From: Antedon mediterranea
Lineage: Eukaryota; Animalia; Echinodermata
Length of the DNA stretch: 64,000 nucleotides
Reading direction: 5' to 3'
Assembly (NCBI RefSeq): GCF_964355755.1
Contig: NC_092678.1
Span: forward strand, 3,550,422-3,614,421
Positions 10,237 to 22,155 of this stretch are shown in pieces (positions within the stretch are counted from its first letter, which is position 1; each line of letters begins with the position of its first letter). A program made the translations under genes and the position numbers. The notes under the pieces were generated by a model. The model saw only the letters and a list, made by a program, of their open reading frames with translations. It did no database searches and had not been told where the DNA came from.

Positions 10237-13200
10237 TCAAAGTCTTGACATTTTATACTGCAGTATATCATTTTTAATACTAAATTCGATGATAGCCTGA
10301 GCTTGGTACTTCTCAGCATACATACCAGTGGCATGGTCTATATTTTTTGCCCAAGCTCGGCATTTTATACGAAAGTTAAAATTGAGTTTCCTTGGTACGA
10401 TGCGTACTAAGACTGCAGGTGACAAATATTGACGCTGGTAAGGCCATCGTTCCGTCTCCATGTAAGGAAAATGGTGGAAACCGAATCCGTTTTTCGGATA
10501 TATTTTGGTACTATTTAACCGTCTTTTTCGATCCACCTTTAAGAAAAGAATAATATAGAATGATTGTCAGTGAATATTTTATATTTTCAAGATTACATTT
10601 TTATTTCATTACTTTGTTCTTTCACCAATTCTATAATGTTTCTGTGGACAGATAGTTAGTTAATTTCCTCCATAATACACACAGAAAGTTACAATTAGAC
10701 GCCGCCGCAGACTTTCTGTGGGTTTTTGTCCGCAATTAGTCCAGACGTTAAACCATCTTCATCGTCACAGTCTTTTACTTTGGTCGTAAAAAAAAACTTT
10801 CTAGTTATCAAAAAATATTTCTACAAACTTACGATTTCGTTACAAGTGACCGTAATATAGTTTGTACGATGGTGTCTGGCAATTTTCTTTGGTGGCTTTT
10901 TGTTATAGTTCATTGGTATCCATTTCGAAACCTAAATAAAAGATATAAATAAATAATAACTTTACTGAATAAGATAATATTATACAGGAGATCGTTCACA
11001 TCGATATATGCCATACATTATTGACAGTAGGGGTTGGTCAAATGCAAATTGCTAATTCTTCTATTTTGCATTTGGCGTAACTTTGTCAAACTTGAATTGA
11101 ACTGATGTGTTGGCTGAGGGAAATAATTAGTGCAATTTGTAGGCCTACTATACCTTGGTTAGTTGCAGCATAATACACGGTTGTCCACTTGCATATCCAA
11201 ACGAATTGGCTGGAGAACACCAACTACCAAACTGGCGTTGCTTGAATTTGCATAATCGGCCAAATTGTTTCTGTTGCGTAGAACCTTCGGCACAGTTTTT
11301 ATACACTCCTTTTTGTCTGATTGGCATATAATCTAAAATTCAATAGGCAATTGATACGTTTAGTAGTCGATATTGTCTTGTGGCGACATGCATTCATAAA
11401 ACGATAATGTATTTCGATTATGTTTCAATAAATGTTCATAGAGAAAATTTTAGAAATGAATTTTCATTTTCAGCGTTTGAACTTACCGTCATACAGTTGC
11501 ATAAGTTGACTTAGGTACGGTGCGTATGACGTCACATCGTTAACGTCATAATCTATGACGTTTCCACATGTTAAAGGATAGGATTGTAAACCTGTAATAA
11601 ATGAATTTAAAATGAAATGATAAAAATGACGTTTTTTTTAAACTACCCATTTTCTATCTCTAAGCAGTGAGATGAGTTGCCTTAATCTGAACAGTTTGTT
11701 TAAAGCTACAATGGGCGTGGCTAGAGTGGATGTGGTCAGCATATAATACTGAGTGAGGTCTACTCCTCCCTCTTTCCCCACTATTAATACATAACATTAC
11801 CTTGTAAGGCAAACCTGTCATCACAGTTGCCTTGTTTAATGATAAGTATACCGAGTGACCGCTGCATATATAAACATTCAATTTCGCATTTTGATCGGAA
11901 TGTAATTTCTTGTGTGCCGACGAGTGCGCACACTGGTGCGTATAGTTGTAAAGGGCAGCAGTCTGTGTCACTTAATTCAGCCACTATTGCGTCACCAAGT
12001 CCAGACTCACTTGTGATACCTGTTGTGAAATACGAATAAGAAAATTGTTATTCACAGATTGCAGAACCACTGTGTAAAGTTTATTCTGTACGGTATGATG
12101 ATTTTAAGTTAAGCTGCTCCTGTTGACTGGAGAAAAGTTTTGTAAGGAATGTATATTCTTAACCAGCTACAGTCATACCTTCTGATAGTGTTGTAGGGGG
12201 AACTCTGCTTTTGCAATGCCCTTTATAGGCAGTTCTTAGATTAGAGTTCCCGTCAGGTTGACAAGCCGCAAGCTCCAGAAAACATGCCGAAACGTAGGTA
12301 ATTCCATCAGTTCCACATACCTCCTCCATGCCACTTATAGGACAGTAGTGAGGACAGATATTGCCTGGATCATTCATGTCTATTAGATAAGAAACAACGT
12401 TACATTAAATGAATGAGAGTTGGGCCAAACCCAGAAAGAGGCTAAGCTATAGCTCCACTTGCAGACACCAAAACCGTCACGGGAACTGGTATAAGGAAAC
12501 CCTATTCTATCTTTTGAATGATTTATAAATGCGTACTTATCAAATAACGCTGCTGTTGTGAATAAGGACTGCATCCCATCGTCTGCTTCATCACGTGTTT
12601 CACTTCGATCACACACCATAATGTGAATTGGAGTTAAGCTAGCTCCACTTGCAGACACCAAAACCGTCACGGGAATTGGTGTAAGGAAAACCTATTCTAT
12701 CTTTTGAATGATTTATAAATGCGTACCAACCTTTATCAAATGGCGCTACTGTTGTGAATAAGGACTGCATACCATCGTCTGCTTCATCACGTGTTTCACT
12801 TCGATCACCATAATGTGAAGCACTATGACCAAACTGACTGGAATCTGAAGATGTTCGTTCGTTAGCCAATTCTGAGCTATCCTCATCGTCCTCATCTTCG
12901 TCGTCATCGTCTTCTTCATGGTACCATCGGTAGCCTGGTCGGCATTTTCCACGATGCCTAAGCTGTAGCATAGGGTCAGCTTCCATACAAGCAGTTATTC
13001 TGAGAAAACACGCTGATAAATAGGTATTTCCATCGGTTCCACAAACTGGAACTGCATCTAAGGTATGGATGTTGCACAGTTTACATCTGTCTCGGATAGA
13101 AGTGTCATGGCGAGAATCTAAAAACATAAAGAAACAAATGAATAAAAAAGCATTAATTTAATAGTTCAGATGATTAACTGTATTGTTTGTTTGAATGCTG

Positions 13201-13446
13201 TTCATTTATGTTAGGCTATCGAATACGGAATAAAACAAATATGGGTGCTCATCTTACGACGATGGTTCCAATCTGGTTATAATAAATTTATTTATTTAAC
13301 GTAAAACTTTGTAGACATATTTTGACAGCCCTATAGACAAGTAATTGCAACTTACAATCTCGATGTCTCCTTATTGGTGCCCGTGATGCCACCATGGTCA
13401 TAGATACAGCTAAACAGACGAATAACACGCTCTTCTTTGACCACAT
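10237..13446 (-). CDS. Secreted 3xKazal + Na+/K+-ATPase beta-subunit-like ectodomain fusion protein (about 526 aa, no TM helix)
   Basis: Exons: 13446-13356 (signal peptide MWSKKSVLFVCLAVSMTMVAS), 13117-12731 (Kazal 1 + D/E tract), 12379-12179 (Kazal 2), 12019-11801 (Kazal 3), 11591-11487 (GLQSYP...IDYDVNDVTSYAPYLSQL), 11332-11154 (NC...LCKF...WCSPANSFGYASGQPCIMLQLTK), 10931-10833 (VSKWIP...ITVTC), 10536-10237 (IYPKNGFGFHHFPY...YLSPAVLV...IKCRAWAKNI). All introns are GT-AG; 1581 nt in one frame. Confidence 0.85.
12451..12819. repeat. Tandem duplication (period 190 bp) spanning the exon 2/intron 2 junction of the fusion gene
   Basis: 12451-12627 is nearly identical to 12641-12819. Both translate as DRSETRDEADDGMQSLFTT on the minus strand. 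Confidence 0.9.
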
Positions 13447-16400
13447 TTTTTCAACCGGAAACTACGAACCACCGCAATACCTAAACCTAGAGAGAAATGA
13501 ATCAAATCTTGCATGAATTTTGTACAACATGTCTGCTGACTCATTTAACTTATTTTTCTGCTGAAATTATTTTTGTCTCTAGACCTTGAGTTTGTCAGTA
13601 GCGCCAATTACAAACTTATTAAGATTAAACATTGATTTGAGGAAGATAACCCGTGTTCTGAAAACTTTACATATAAACAGAATGTATTATAAGTCAAGGG
13701 TAATTTTGAATATAGAAATTGTGTTTTCTCACGAAGACAATAGGGTATCAGGTTGATTCAGTTTACAGGTCACCTGAATATACTCTGTGAAAATGCATCC
13801 GTAGCGTACCATGTAAATGAACATTTCGTTCAAGACGCGGCACTGAATATTACGCAGCTATCGAGTAATTCTGCGCATGCGTATTATGCTTCTGAGCTTC
13901 CTAATATTGTTGCCTTTTATGTTCCGTTTGTTTATGACATGGTAGAATATAGACATAAATTATATAAATAATTAATTAGCGGATTCACACGTAGTACTGA
14001 AATGTCTTTTGGAATTGAGGAGGAAATTGGCAGAGACTTTGCTAGGCCCTGGTATTGATATTTACAGGAAACACGAAGCAGACGACATGTGGTGTGAATA
14101 GATAATTTTTTCCTGGGGAGAAGAGTCTAAGGAAATCACAGTAAACAACCCACCCTATTGGACATTGCTGTCCCATGAGTGAGAAGCTGTAATACTCTGT
14201 TTTTACTTAATTTGTTTTGGATCGGAACTAGAGATTCCGCATTTCATTTTAATATCATTCATAACATTTGCAGAAATATTTTTTTGACGAGACAAATCGA
14301 CGAAAATCTCAGTAAACCCAAACCACTTGTTGCCTCTTGAAAGCTTTCTTCGGGGCTTTCTTGAATTTATAATAACATTTAAAAACGTTTTGAAGCATTC
14401 TGTTGGGATTTTTGCTTTTGTTTTGTTGCCAATGTATTTGTGAAAAGTACAGCTATTTATTGTTTTGATTATTAAGATAAATGGTTTAATTTTTAAATAA
14501 AAAGTGGATTAAATTAGAATTCACATACAAATATTCTCAAAGGCTTTTTCGAATATCAAATTAAACTTTCAATATTGTTGTTATGAGAAGCAACATTGTT
14601 GTTTCTTTTTTAATGTATTTACCTTCCGCACAGATAAAACAGTTAAATCGACAAGTTTTACATACAAGTACAACTTTACATACTATTATTGGATCGCCTA
14701 AGGACATTTGAATAAACTATTTTAGTATTATCACAGTTTTCAATAATAGTTGAGATATATTTCACTGTGAGTTGACAAGTTTAATGGAGAGTTTTACGAT
14801 AGTGTGTCAACAGGTGGCCTAATGGCTGTCCTTACAGCAATTATTCTATCTTAAAGGTAATTTATTGGCTCAGAAATACAAATTGCTGTTAATTTGCGGT
14901 TTATACACATGATACATAAAACTATAGTTACACGTCAAATGCCATGCATAAAGGTCAAAGGTCGTGACGTATATAGAAAACAACGAGAAGAAACAAATCA
15001 CATTGTTATATCGATGCAATGGTTGATATAAAAAATACATTTAAACTTTTCCTAGCAATTTTAAATTTCCTCTTACAGTACTTTAATTTTAACAGTAGTA
15101 AATTATGAAATTGATACAAGAATATAGTAATATTTGTCTTATGCCTACCTGTATTTCTATTTGGTGTCTAAACCACTATGATGTATCCGTCAGAGACTGT
15201 AAGCAACCATTCACATATCTGAAACATCAATCAGTTTGAAATAAGAATTTTCCAACGATGAGCAAAACATTATGTTTCGGTGGTTGACTGTATAAGCGGT
15301 TCCATGCGCAGGTCATATTGAAAGGGAATCAACGCATTTCCGTTGTGGTTTTCGGTTGCAAATGTAGAATAGTAGGTCTACTAGACAATTGTATCCGTTA
15401 ATGACGATGTATTGTTTTATTTAATGTTTCGCCATTAAGGATATTATTAATAGTATTCTTAGATAACATTTATATGACTCTATTAATCGATTAAACGTTG
15501 AAATCTAAGCTTTTCATCGAAAAGAAAAACTTATGTAGACCTATTTTTAGCTTTGCCTTTGCTAAATATTAATTGTTTCTTTCCATATAAAACCTTTGCA
15601 AATCATCATCATACATTGTATATATTTAGAATTGTGTATACTGTATAACGTTTGTTTATACGATCTAGATCTTAAATACACGTACACATCGCCAGGGCTA
15701 TGTACTCTGTTGACACAAGTATTAAATGCCGATATTACGCGTACGTAGCGCATTGTTACTAGGCAAGCAATATTCAAATATTATTTACGGTATTGACCTT
15801 ATTTAATCACAACGTACTAGGCCTAATTTCAACTAAGATAATATCGTAATGCTTTTTCTATACTTCACGAGACCTACTGTACTACTTAAATAGCCCATTA
15901 GAGTATTATTAGCTACGCGTTAGTATTACTTACTTGCACTGTAGTACTACTCTTAAGATCCTAGAAGATTACATCCATTAGTTCATACCTATTTGCATTA
16001 GGCCTACTTGATGAATTTTGCTTGATTGGAGTTTGAAGACAGTATACAACCCCTAAGGAAACCCATATAATCTTATCCGTCCGCTGGTCGAGTCAAAACC
16101 TCAAATTATCAATGAAAATAACCACTCGAAACTTTCCAATAACTTAATGTATAATAATTCCATCCGTCAGTCTATAGCACCTATCATCATGACATTATGA
16201 TTAATCTTTATAAAAATTGTAGGAATATCTAAGACGTCTGCGGTGCTCTCTGATTGGTCAATACATTATAGTAACCGACCAAAACTTATAGATTGATGTT
16301 TTAATAGGATTGCAAACAATTGAGAGGTTTTGAATTTTTTTTTATTTGTTCGAATCCAATCTTAAAAACGTTGATGTTCACATATGCTAATTTAAAATTT

Positions 16401-17111
16401 CAGGGATAAAAAAATGTCTGCACACACAAACTTAAAAATATGAGTTTGAGTGGAAATGTACTAATTATTGAGAACATTTTCACCTTGCAATTAAATATGT
16501 ACTTGTACTGGTCGGGCAAAATATTTTGGAGATTGAGGAGCTTGCTCACAAGATGAATAAGCCTATTGATTAATTTAAAATCAAAAGTGAAGAATTTTTG
16601 AAGAATTGTTTGCCCTTTGTTCGCCTTTTAAACTTAAGAAAAGTTTAATGTCAAACGACTTCGACTAATTAGGGTACTCAAGATGTTAATGCTGTACTTG
16701 ACCCTAGAGACAACATTGTAATACGTGAAATGACCCCAATGAAACCCCCAGTTGTTACTCCTGTCTGTCGGTCAGACGTGTCTGACCCAGTAACTAACTT
16801 GTGTCAAACGACATAAACACTCAAGTAGGCCTACTTCATATTATATTATCCGGTCACTTCCACTTAATAATCGCATCGTGATGATACCATACTCATCGAA
16901 TATGTTACAATACATCAATGTTTTAGCCTCGGGATAAAAAAAACGTTTGTCATCCGGTAGGAAATTGAATTTAATTAAGTATCCGTACTATAAAACTCGG
17001 GTTCACATAAAGTTAATGCCCCGTCGATCTTGAATTATGTGCAGAATAGTGCGGCAAGCTCCGGTTCGAATCATGCATTGTTCCAATCGTGGTATACAGC
17101 ACCTCATTTAT

Positions 17112-17226
17112 TAGTCGCGTGCAACGCGACTCTACATCTCACTATGTCGGTCTATTGGTCGGTCGGTCGGTCGGTCGGTAAACACTTACTTGAGCACGCG
17201 ACTGCAGCCATGTACATGGCCTTATT
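17112..17226 (+). mobile_element. HINE/Helentron-like short element
   Basis: Subterminal inverted repeat GTCGCGTGC...GCACGCGAC, a (GGTC)n microsatellite, a 3' hairpin GCCATGTACATGGC and T-rich flanks. Confidence 0.7.
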
Positions 17227-19466
17227 TTTACATAAATCTAAATTCTAAATCTGTCATTTACAGGAATTTATGGATAATTCTAAGTGTATTTCATAACTAA
17301 TTATTTTTGCAAAATTTGTTTTGTGATCTTGTTCACTGAACTGGACAACTCAATATTTATTTGTACCATAATGTTGTTGTGGAAGGAATTATTCCGTAAA
17401 GATTATTTTAATTTAAAAGAAAAGTAAACATTATTAACAAGAAAAAGAAAGTTGACTTACCTAGCACAGTGTTACCAGCGATTCCACTTTGGCTTGCGTA
17501 AATATTGCGATGATGTTATAGTCTGTTAGAGACAAGTATCTTGTGACAGATCTTCTGACAGTCTTCAGGTATGGAGCAGGGAAGATTTAAATTTGTAGTA
17601 ATAGGACACACATGACCCTTCTTATGCCTTACACATGTACGTTAGCCTGCATCGTAGTGTATTAACTAGAAACCGATGTTCCTGAAATCGTATTAACTTA
17701 GATTTGCGAGGAAATGAAATTTAGTTTTACATTTTGATCTCAAATTATGAATAGAAATAAGCATTCTGTTTTGTGTTTTGTTTGATAAGCGTTTGACAAT
17801 TCGCTATCGCGTTCGTCGACATGTGGTCGTGCACTTTTTTCTACTGAATTACACGTTCGGACAAATTCAAATTTTGCAGTCAAATATGTTTCTTTCCTGT
17901 TACATTCTTAATTTATATTCCATTATAGTGTATACCACTGTGTGATGTACTTTTTTCTAATGTTTGGTTGGCCTTATAGACGTAGTAGTCATAAGGTACT
18001 TAATTGGAAGCCAAAAGATTTTTGCAGCCTGCATAGTTAGGTTATGAGTTCATTAAAATTAGAAATGTAACCCTACTTTCCTCATTACCTCCGTGAAATA
18101 CATTTTTTCTTGAGCCCACTTGATTCAATCTAGTTCCTTTTAGCATCTTGGTAACTTTTGCTGTCTTGTTTCCGTCACATACATTCCACATTATATCTCT
18201 TTCGATATCGAACATAATAATTCCATTTCTCCTTTCACTCAATGATTAGCCTATTGAGCTGGATTCAACAACCGTTATCTCTCGGAGTCTATAGTTATAT
18301 TACTTATAGGCAAGCTTGTTATTTTCTTATAATACAATGATCACCGGTTTTTTGGCTGTTTGCCTGCAAGAATAAAAAAAAACGTGTTTATCAATATAAT
18401 CTAGAAGCAAACTTGGACGAAGGATAGATATTGTTTGTTCTATGTAAAAGGTTCTAAACCTAGGATCCGAAATTGTCTTGTAAAGGTCTATCTAGTCTGT
18501 AGTGTATCAAATTACAAAGCATTTTACGATGTTGTGTTGTGTACATTATTAGTTTCTAACAACTCTATTAATAAGTATGTTTTTCTGGTTTGTACGATGT
18601 CGACATTACAAAGTTGTTTTTATTTTAAGTGTTCTTCCACTGCTCGACCCGGCACGTTTTGTTAGCACTCTCATCGAACCTTATACTATGTACAGTCCCG
18701 ATGGTTCGACCTCATATAGGCAAGGGTTCCTAAAATTATACTATTATGAGTGGAGGCATAAGCGATTGTCCAATAATGTCTATTTCACATTTTGCCAACA
18801 TGAATAAGGTAAGTTGTAGGCCTAGGTGTGATGGTGCAGACGCTCTTCTGATTATGTGATTTATGATGAGTATTCCCAAACGATGGGAATTTCATTGTGA
18901 CCTGAAGTAATGTTATAAAACGACCCAATTCTTCATCCAAAGATTTGAATCTCAAAGTCATCATTTCTAAATGATTCTAATGGGATTTCATAGTTCATTT
19001 TAACGTACCTGTAAAATAATGTCATGTTTAGGCTCATTGATATGACAAGGTTAGGTCACACGAAAAAAAAATAATTGTTTTTTTCTCAAGTTCAATGCTA
19101 GATTAGTGTTATTTTCGGTTTTAGTAATGTTCATTCCACGAAATGTAATTGTTATAGGGACCCAAATTCCAATCCTACGACTCCCTCGAGTGTGCAACTC
19201 AAAATTAAGAATCGTTTGTCGAGCTTCTTATACTTACGGTAGGCTTACATAGATGCAGGATCAGAAAATGCCAGGTCTTTTTTTGTTACAGAAACCACAT
19301 TTAGTACCATTCTTGGATATTCAGTACTAATACTGATTAACATTAAACATTTTTTTTGTGGTTGTTGATGATAACATCATAATTTATAGTTACAGTAAGT
19401 TGTACAGTAGAACTTTTTTTTTCATTCAACTTCATGTATCGAAAAGGGTTTAATTTATCTTAATTA

Positions 19467-19596
19467 CCGTATTTATTCGAATAAACACCTCGTTTTGAAT
19501 AAACGCCTTCCTCAAATAAACGCTCCCATAGAACATCACGAATAAACGATCCCCTTCGAATAAATGCCCCCAGGTCCTTTATTCTTATAAATACGG
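19467..19596. mobile_element. Small pogo/Tc1-mariner-like MITE
   Basis: TA|CCGTATTTATT...ATAAATACGG|TA, with internal repeats of AATAAACGCC-like units. Confidence 0.7.
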
Positions 19597-19706
19597 TAAC
19601 CTTCTAGATTGGTTAACTGTCTTTAGTCACAAAATATTATTAAGGACGAGGAAATAGATGGAGGGATACTGCCAGAATCACCGAGAATAATTATTTACCC
19701 AATTTG

Positions 19707-19822
19707 TAGTCGCGTGCAACGCGACTCTACAGCTCACTATGTCGGTCGGTTGGTCGGATGGTCATCGGTAAACACTAACTCAAATTTGAGCACGCGACTG
19801 CAGCCATGTATATTGCCTTGTT
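19707..19822 (+). mobile_element. HINE/Helentron-like short element, second full copy
   Basis: Near-identical to 17112-17226. Confidence 0.7.
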
Positions 19823-21649
19823 AAACTACCAACTCATCAAAACAAATGTTATTATAGATCAACTAGGCTAAAATACTGACCTGAATGAGTACATTAAAAT
19901 ACAACCGACCTAACATTTTCCCCAGTGTCCTAATCATTTGTTTAATCCATCAAAAACAACATGGCAACCTTTAGGGAGTATTAATATATCGTTCAAGCGA
20001 AATCTCCAATATTGTTAAGTTTAAAGATGACAGGCTAGGTCACACAAACTTTGTCACTTCACAATAGGTTACCTATTATTACTGCTCCCGTTATGAGTCT
20101 TTCTCTTTTAATAATCAAATTAGGTTAAGAAATTGAAATCTGAAAGTATATTTCTTTGGATGATGTTGTTTCTGATTAAGTGCGGTAAGGGAACATGCTT
20201 TCATCATTAAATTCACACTTTCACATTCTCGTCCATAAAGAAGTGTTTAATATCTGTTTTCATTGTTCTAAAAGTTTCTAAAACATCATGGTACCAACGA
20301 ACTCAGTATATCGGTAACGTGGAGTAGGCATTGATTCCAACTTGAAGTTGTTGTTTTTTGCTCAGCTAAAGAATTTGAAGTTTATAGATGATATACATCT
20401 AGGTCTAAAATTAGAAAGTTTACACTTAATTTACATATGCTCCTCTGGAAAATCTGATTGGTCAGAAATGTGAACGAGGTGAGCACGAAAGATGATCTTT
20501 TTTTAAATGATTAAAATAGTGGTTTCTAGTTGTCGGGATTTTCTTGCATAAACCTTTTTCAAATAACATTCCCTCTATAGGCCTAATGTTATCAAAGAAT
20601 TTTCTGCAACTTCTGCTTTACGAGGTCCCTGAAACCGGTAATTTGTATAAATGAATTTACAAATTCTTATTTCTGATTGGCATGATGCAAGTGAATTACT
20701 TGCGTTTGTACATGGAAAAGCTTGATATGGTGGTCATCGGGGTCGAATCGTTTCACGTGAGGCTGTCAAAAACTAAATGTGATATTTTTAGTTACCCATC
20801 TTAATAACACTATGTTAAGATCGCGAACTTATTTGAAATTAAGTGACAAAACTTTCCTTATTGATTCTAATATAATATAATATAACAAAATGTACTTGTT
20901 TGAATGTGTGAACAATACAATGTTCAAAAACAGTTAACATTTTCCAATTGTTTTTATTGTTATAACCAAACTTTGTCCAAATGAAATTATATAAGTTTCA
21001 AATCAAATAGAAAGAAAAATTACAATATCTAATTCAACAAACATTTTAAAATTCTCTTATTTAATTTATACCAGGGAAGATTGAAATTACTAATTTAAGA
21101 ATTTACAGGTTTAACTTAAGTACTATAGGCCTACTGGTGGTAGCTGTAGTTGATCGAAAGACGGCAATGATATAAATGTAAAGCCTCTGTTACCCATTTA
21201 AAGTTAATCCAGTCACACCCCGTCAAACTGCATTTCCTGTTAAAAACGAAATTATCCACTCTCTTTTGAATCATTGGGAACCTGTCAATGTTTGAATGAA
21301 TAGGTAAGTTACACCATATGTTTATGGATAACATTAATAGCAAATTGTTATTGTTTCTGGCCCCGATTCAAATACACCTGTTGTGTGGATAAAAAGCAAT
21401 TGCATTTTATATGTTTCAAACAGGCTAATGTCATTTTATTACACCGGGAATTTTACATACACAATTTGGTTTAAATTTGTTTGTTTCTTTTCTTATCTAG
21501 AATGTATAAAAGTTAATTTGAAGCATATGTAATAATTTATAGTGTTTTATTAGTTAGTAACCAAACGTATGTTCTGATGAAAGGCGGCCTAGCTAAAGTA
21601 AGTTTTATATTCTATGTTCATCTCCAGGAATTTGTTATCACTAGTATGT

Positions 21650-21817
21650 CATTAGGTAGCTTTCGATTTGACGGTCGCCGACTGACAACCAGCCTAACCT
21701 AGGTCAGGTCGACCAATGAAGAGGAGCAAGGACAAACGTTCCATAAATCCCGCAATGCATGCGCAAACTGAACTAACATGACGTAGTTTGGTCGTTGAAA
21801 TCGAAAGCTCCCTAATG
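21650..21817. mobile_element. MITE-like inverted-repeat element
   Basis: CATTAGGTAGCTTTCGATTT ... AAATCGAAAGCTCCCTAATG terminal inverted repeat. Confidence 0.6.
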
Positions 21818-22155
21818 TATATGCTTGTGACATCTTTATTATTGTATAGAACAAACTATAGTTTAACATTGTCAATCATTTATTATGCTTAACAGTTTTC
21901 TTTTAGCCGGTGTAGATGTACAGTATTTAACTTCTTTCCAGTGTAATCCAATGTCTTCTTCAGACTGTAAAATTAGATTCTGCTTATGTTAAACCAGAGA
22001 TGATTTCCTCCTGGTTAGAGATTAAGCTTTATAAGCCTGATTTAGGCCGCTCTAGGCTTGAATAATTATCATTTATTGTTATGGAGTGAGCAACAGAGCA
22101 CTCGTACAACTTTTCTGATGGGGAAATTTTTATTTGGTTTGACTACAAAATTGAG

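Noticed and set aside
10240-10248. C-terminal SRL resembling a peroxisomal PTS1 on the fusion protein
   Set aside because: The signal peptide and disulfide-rich domains indicate secretion, so the match is probably chance.
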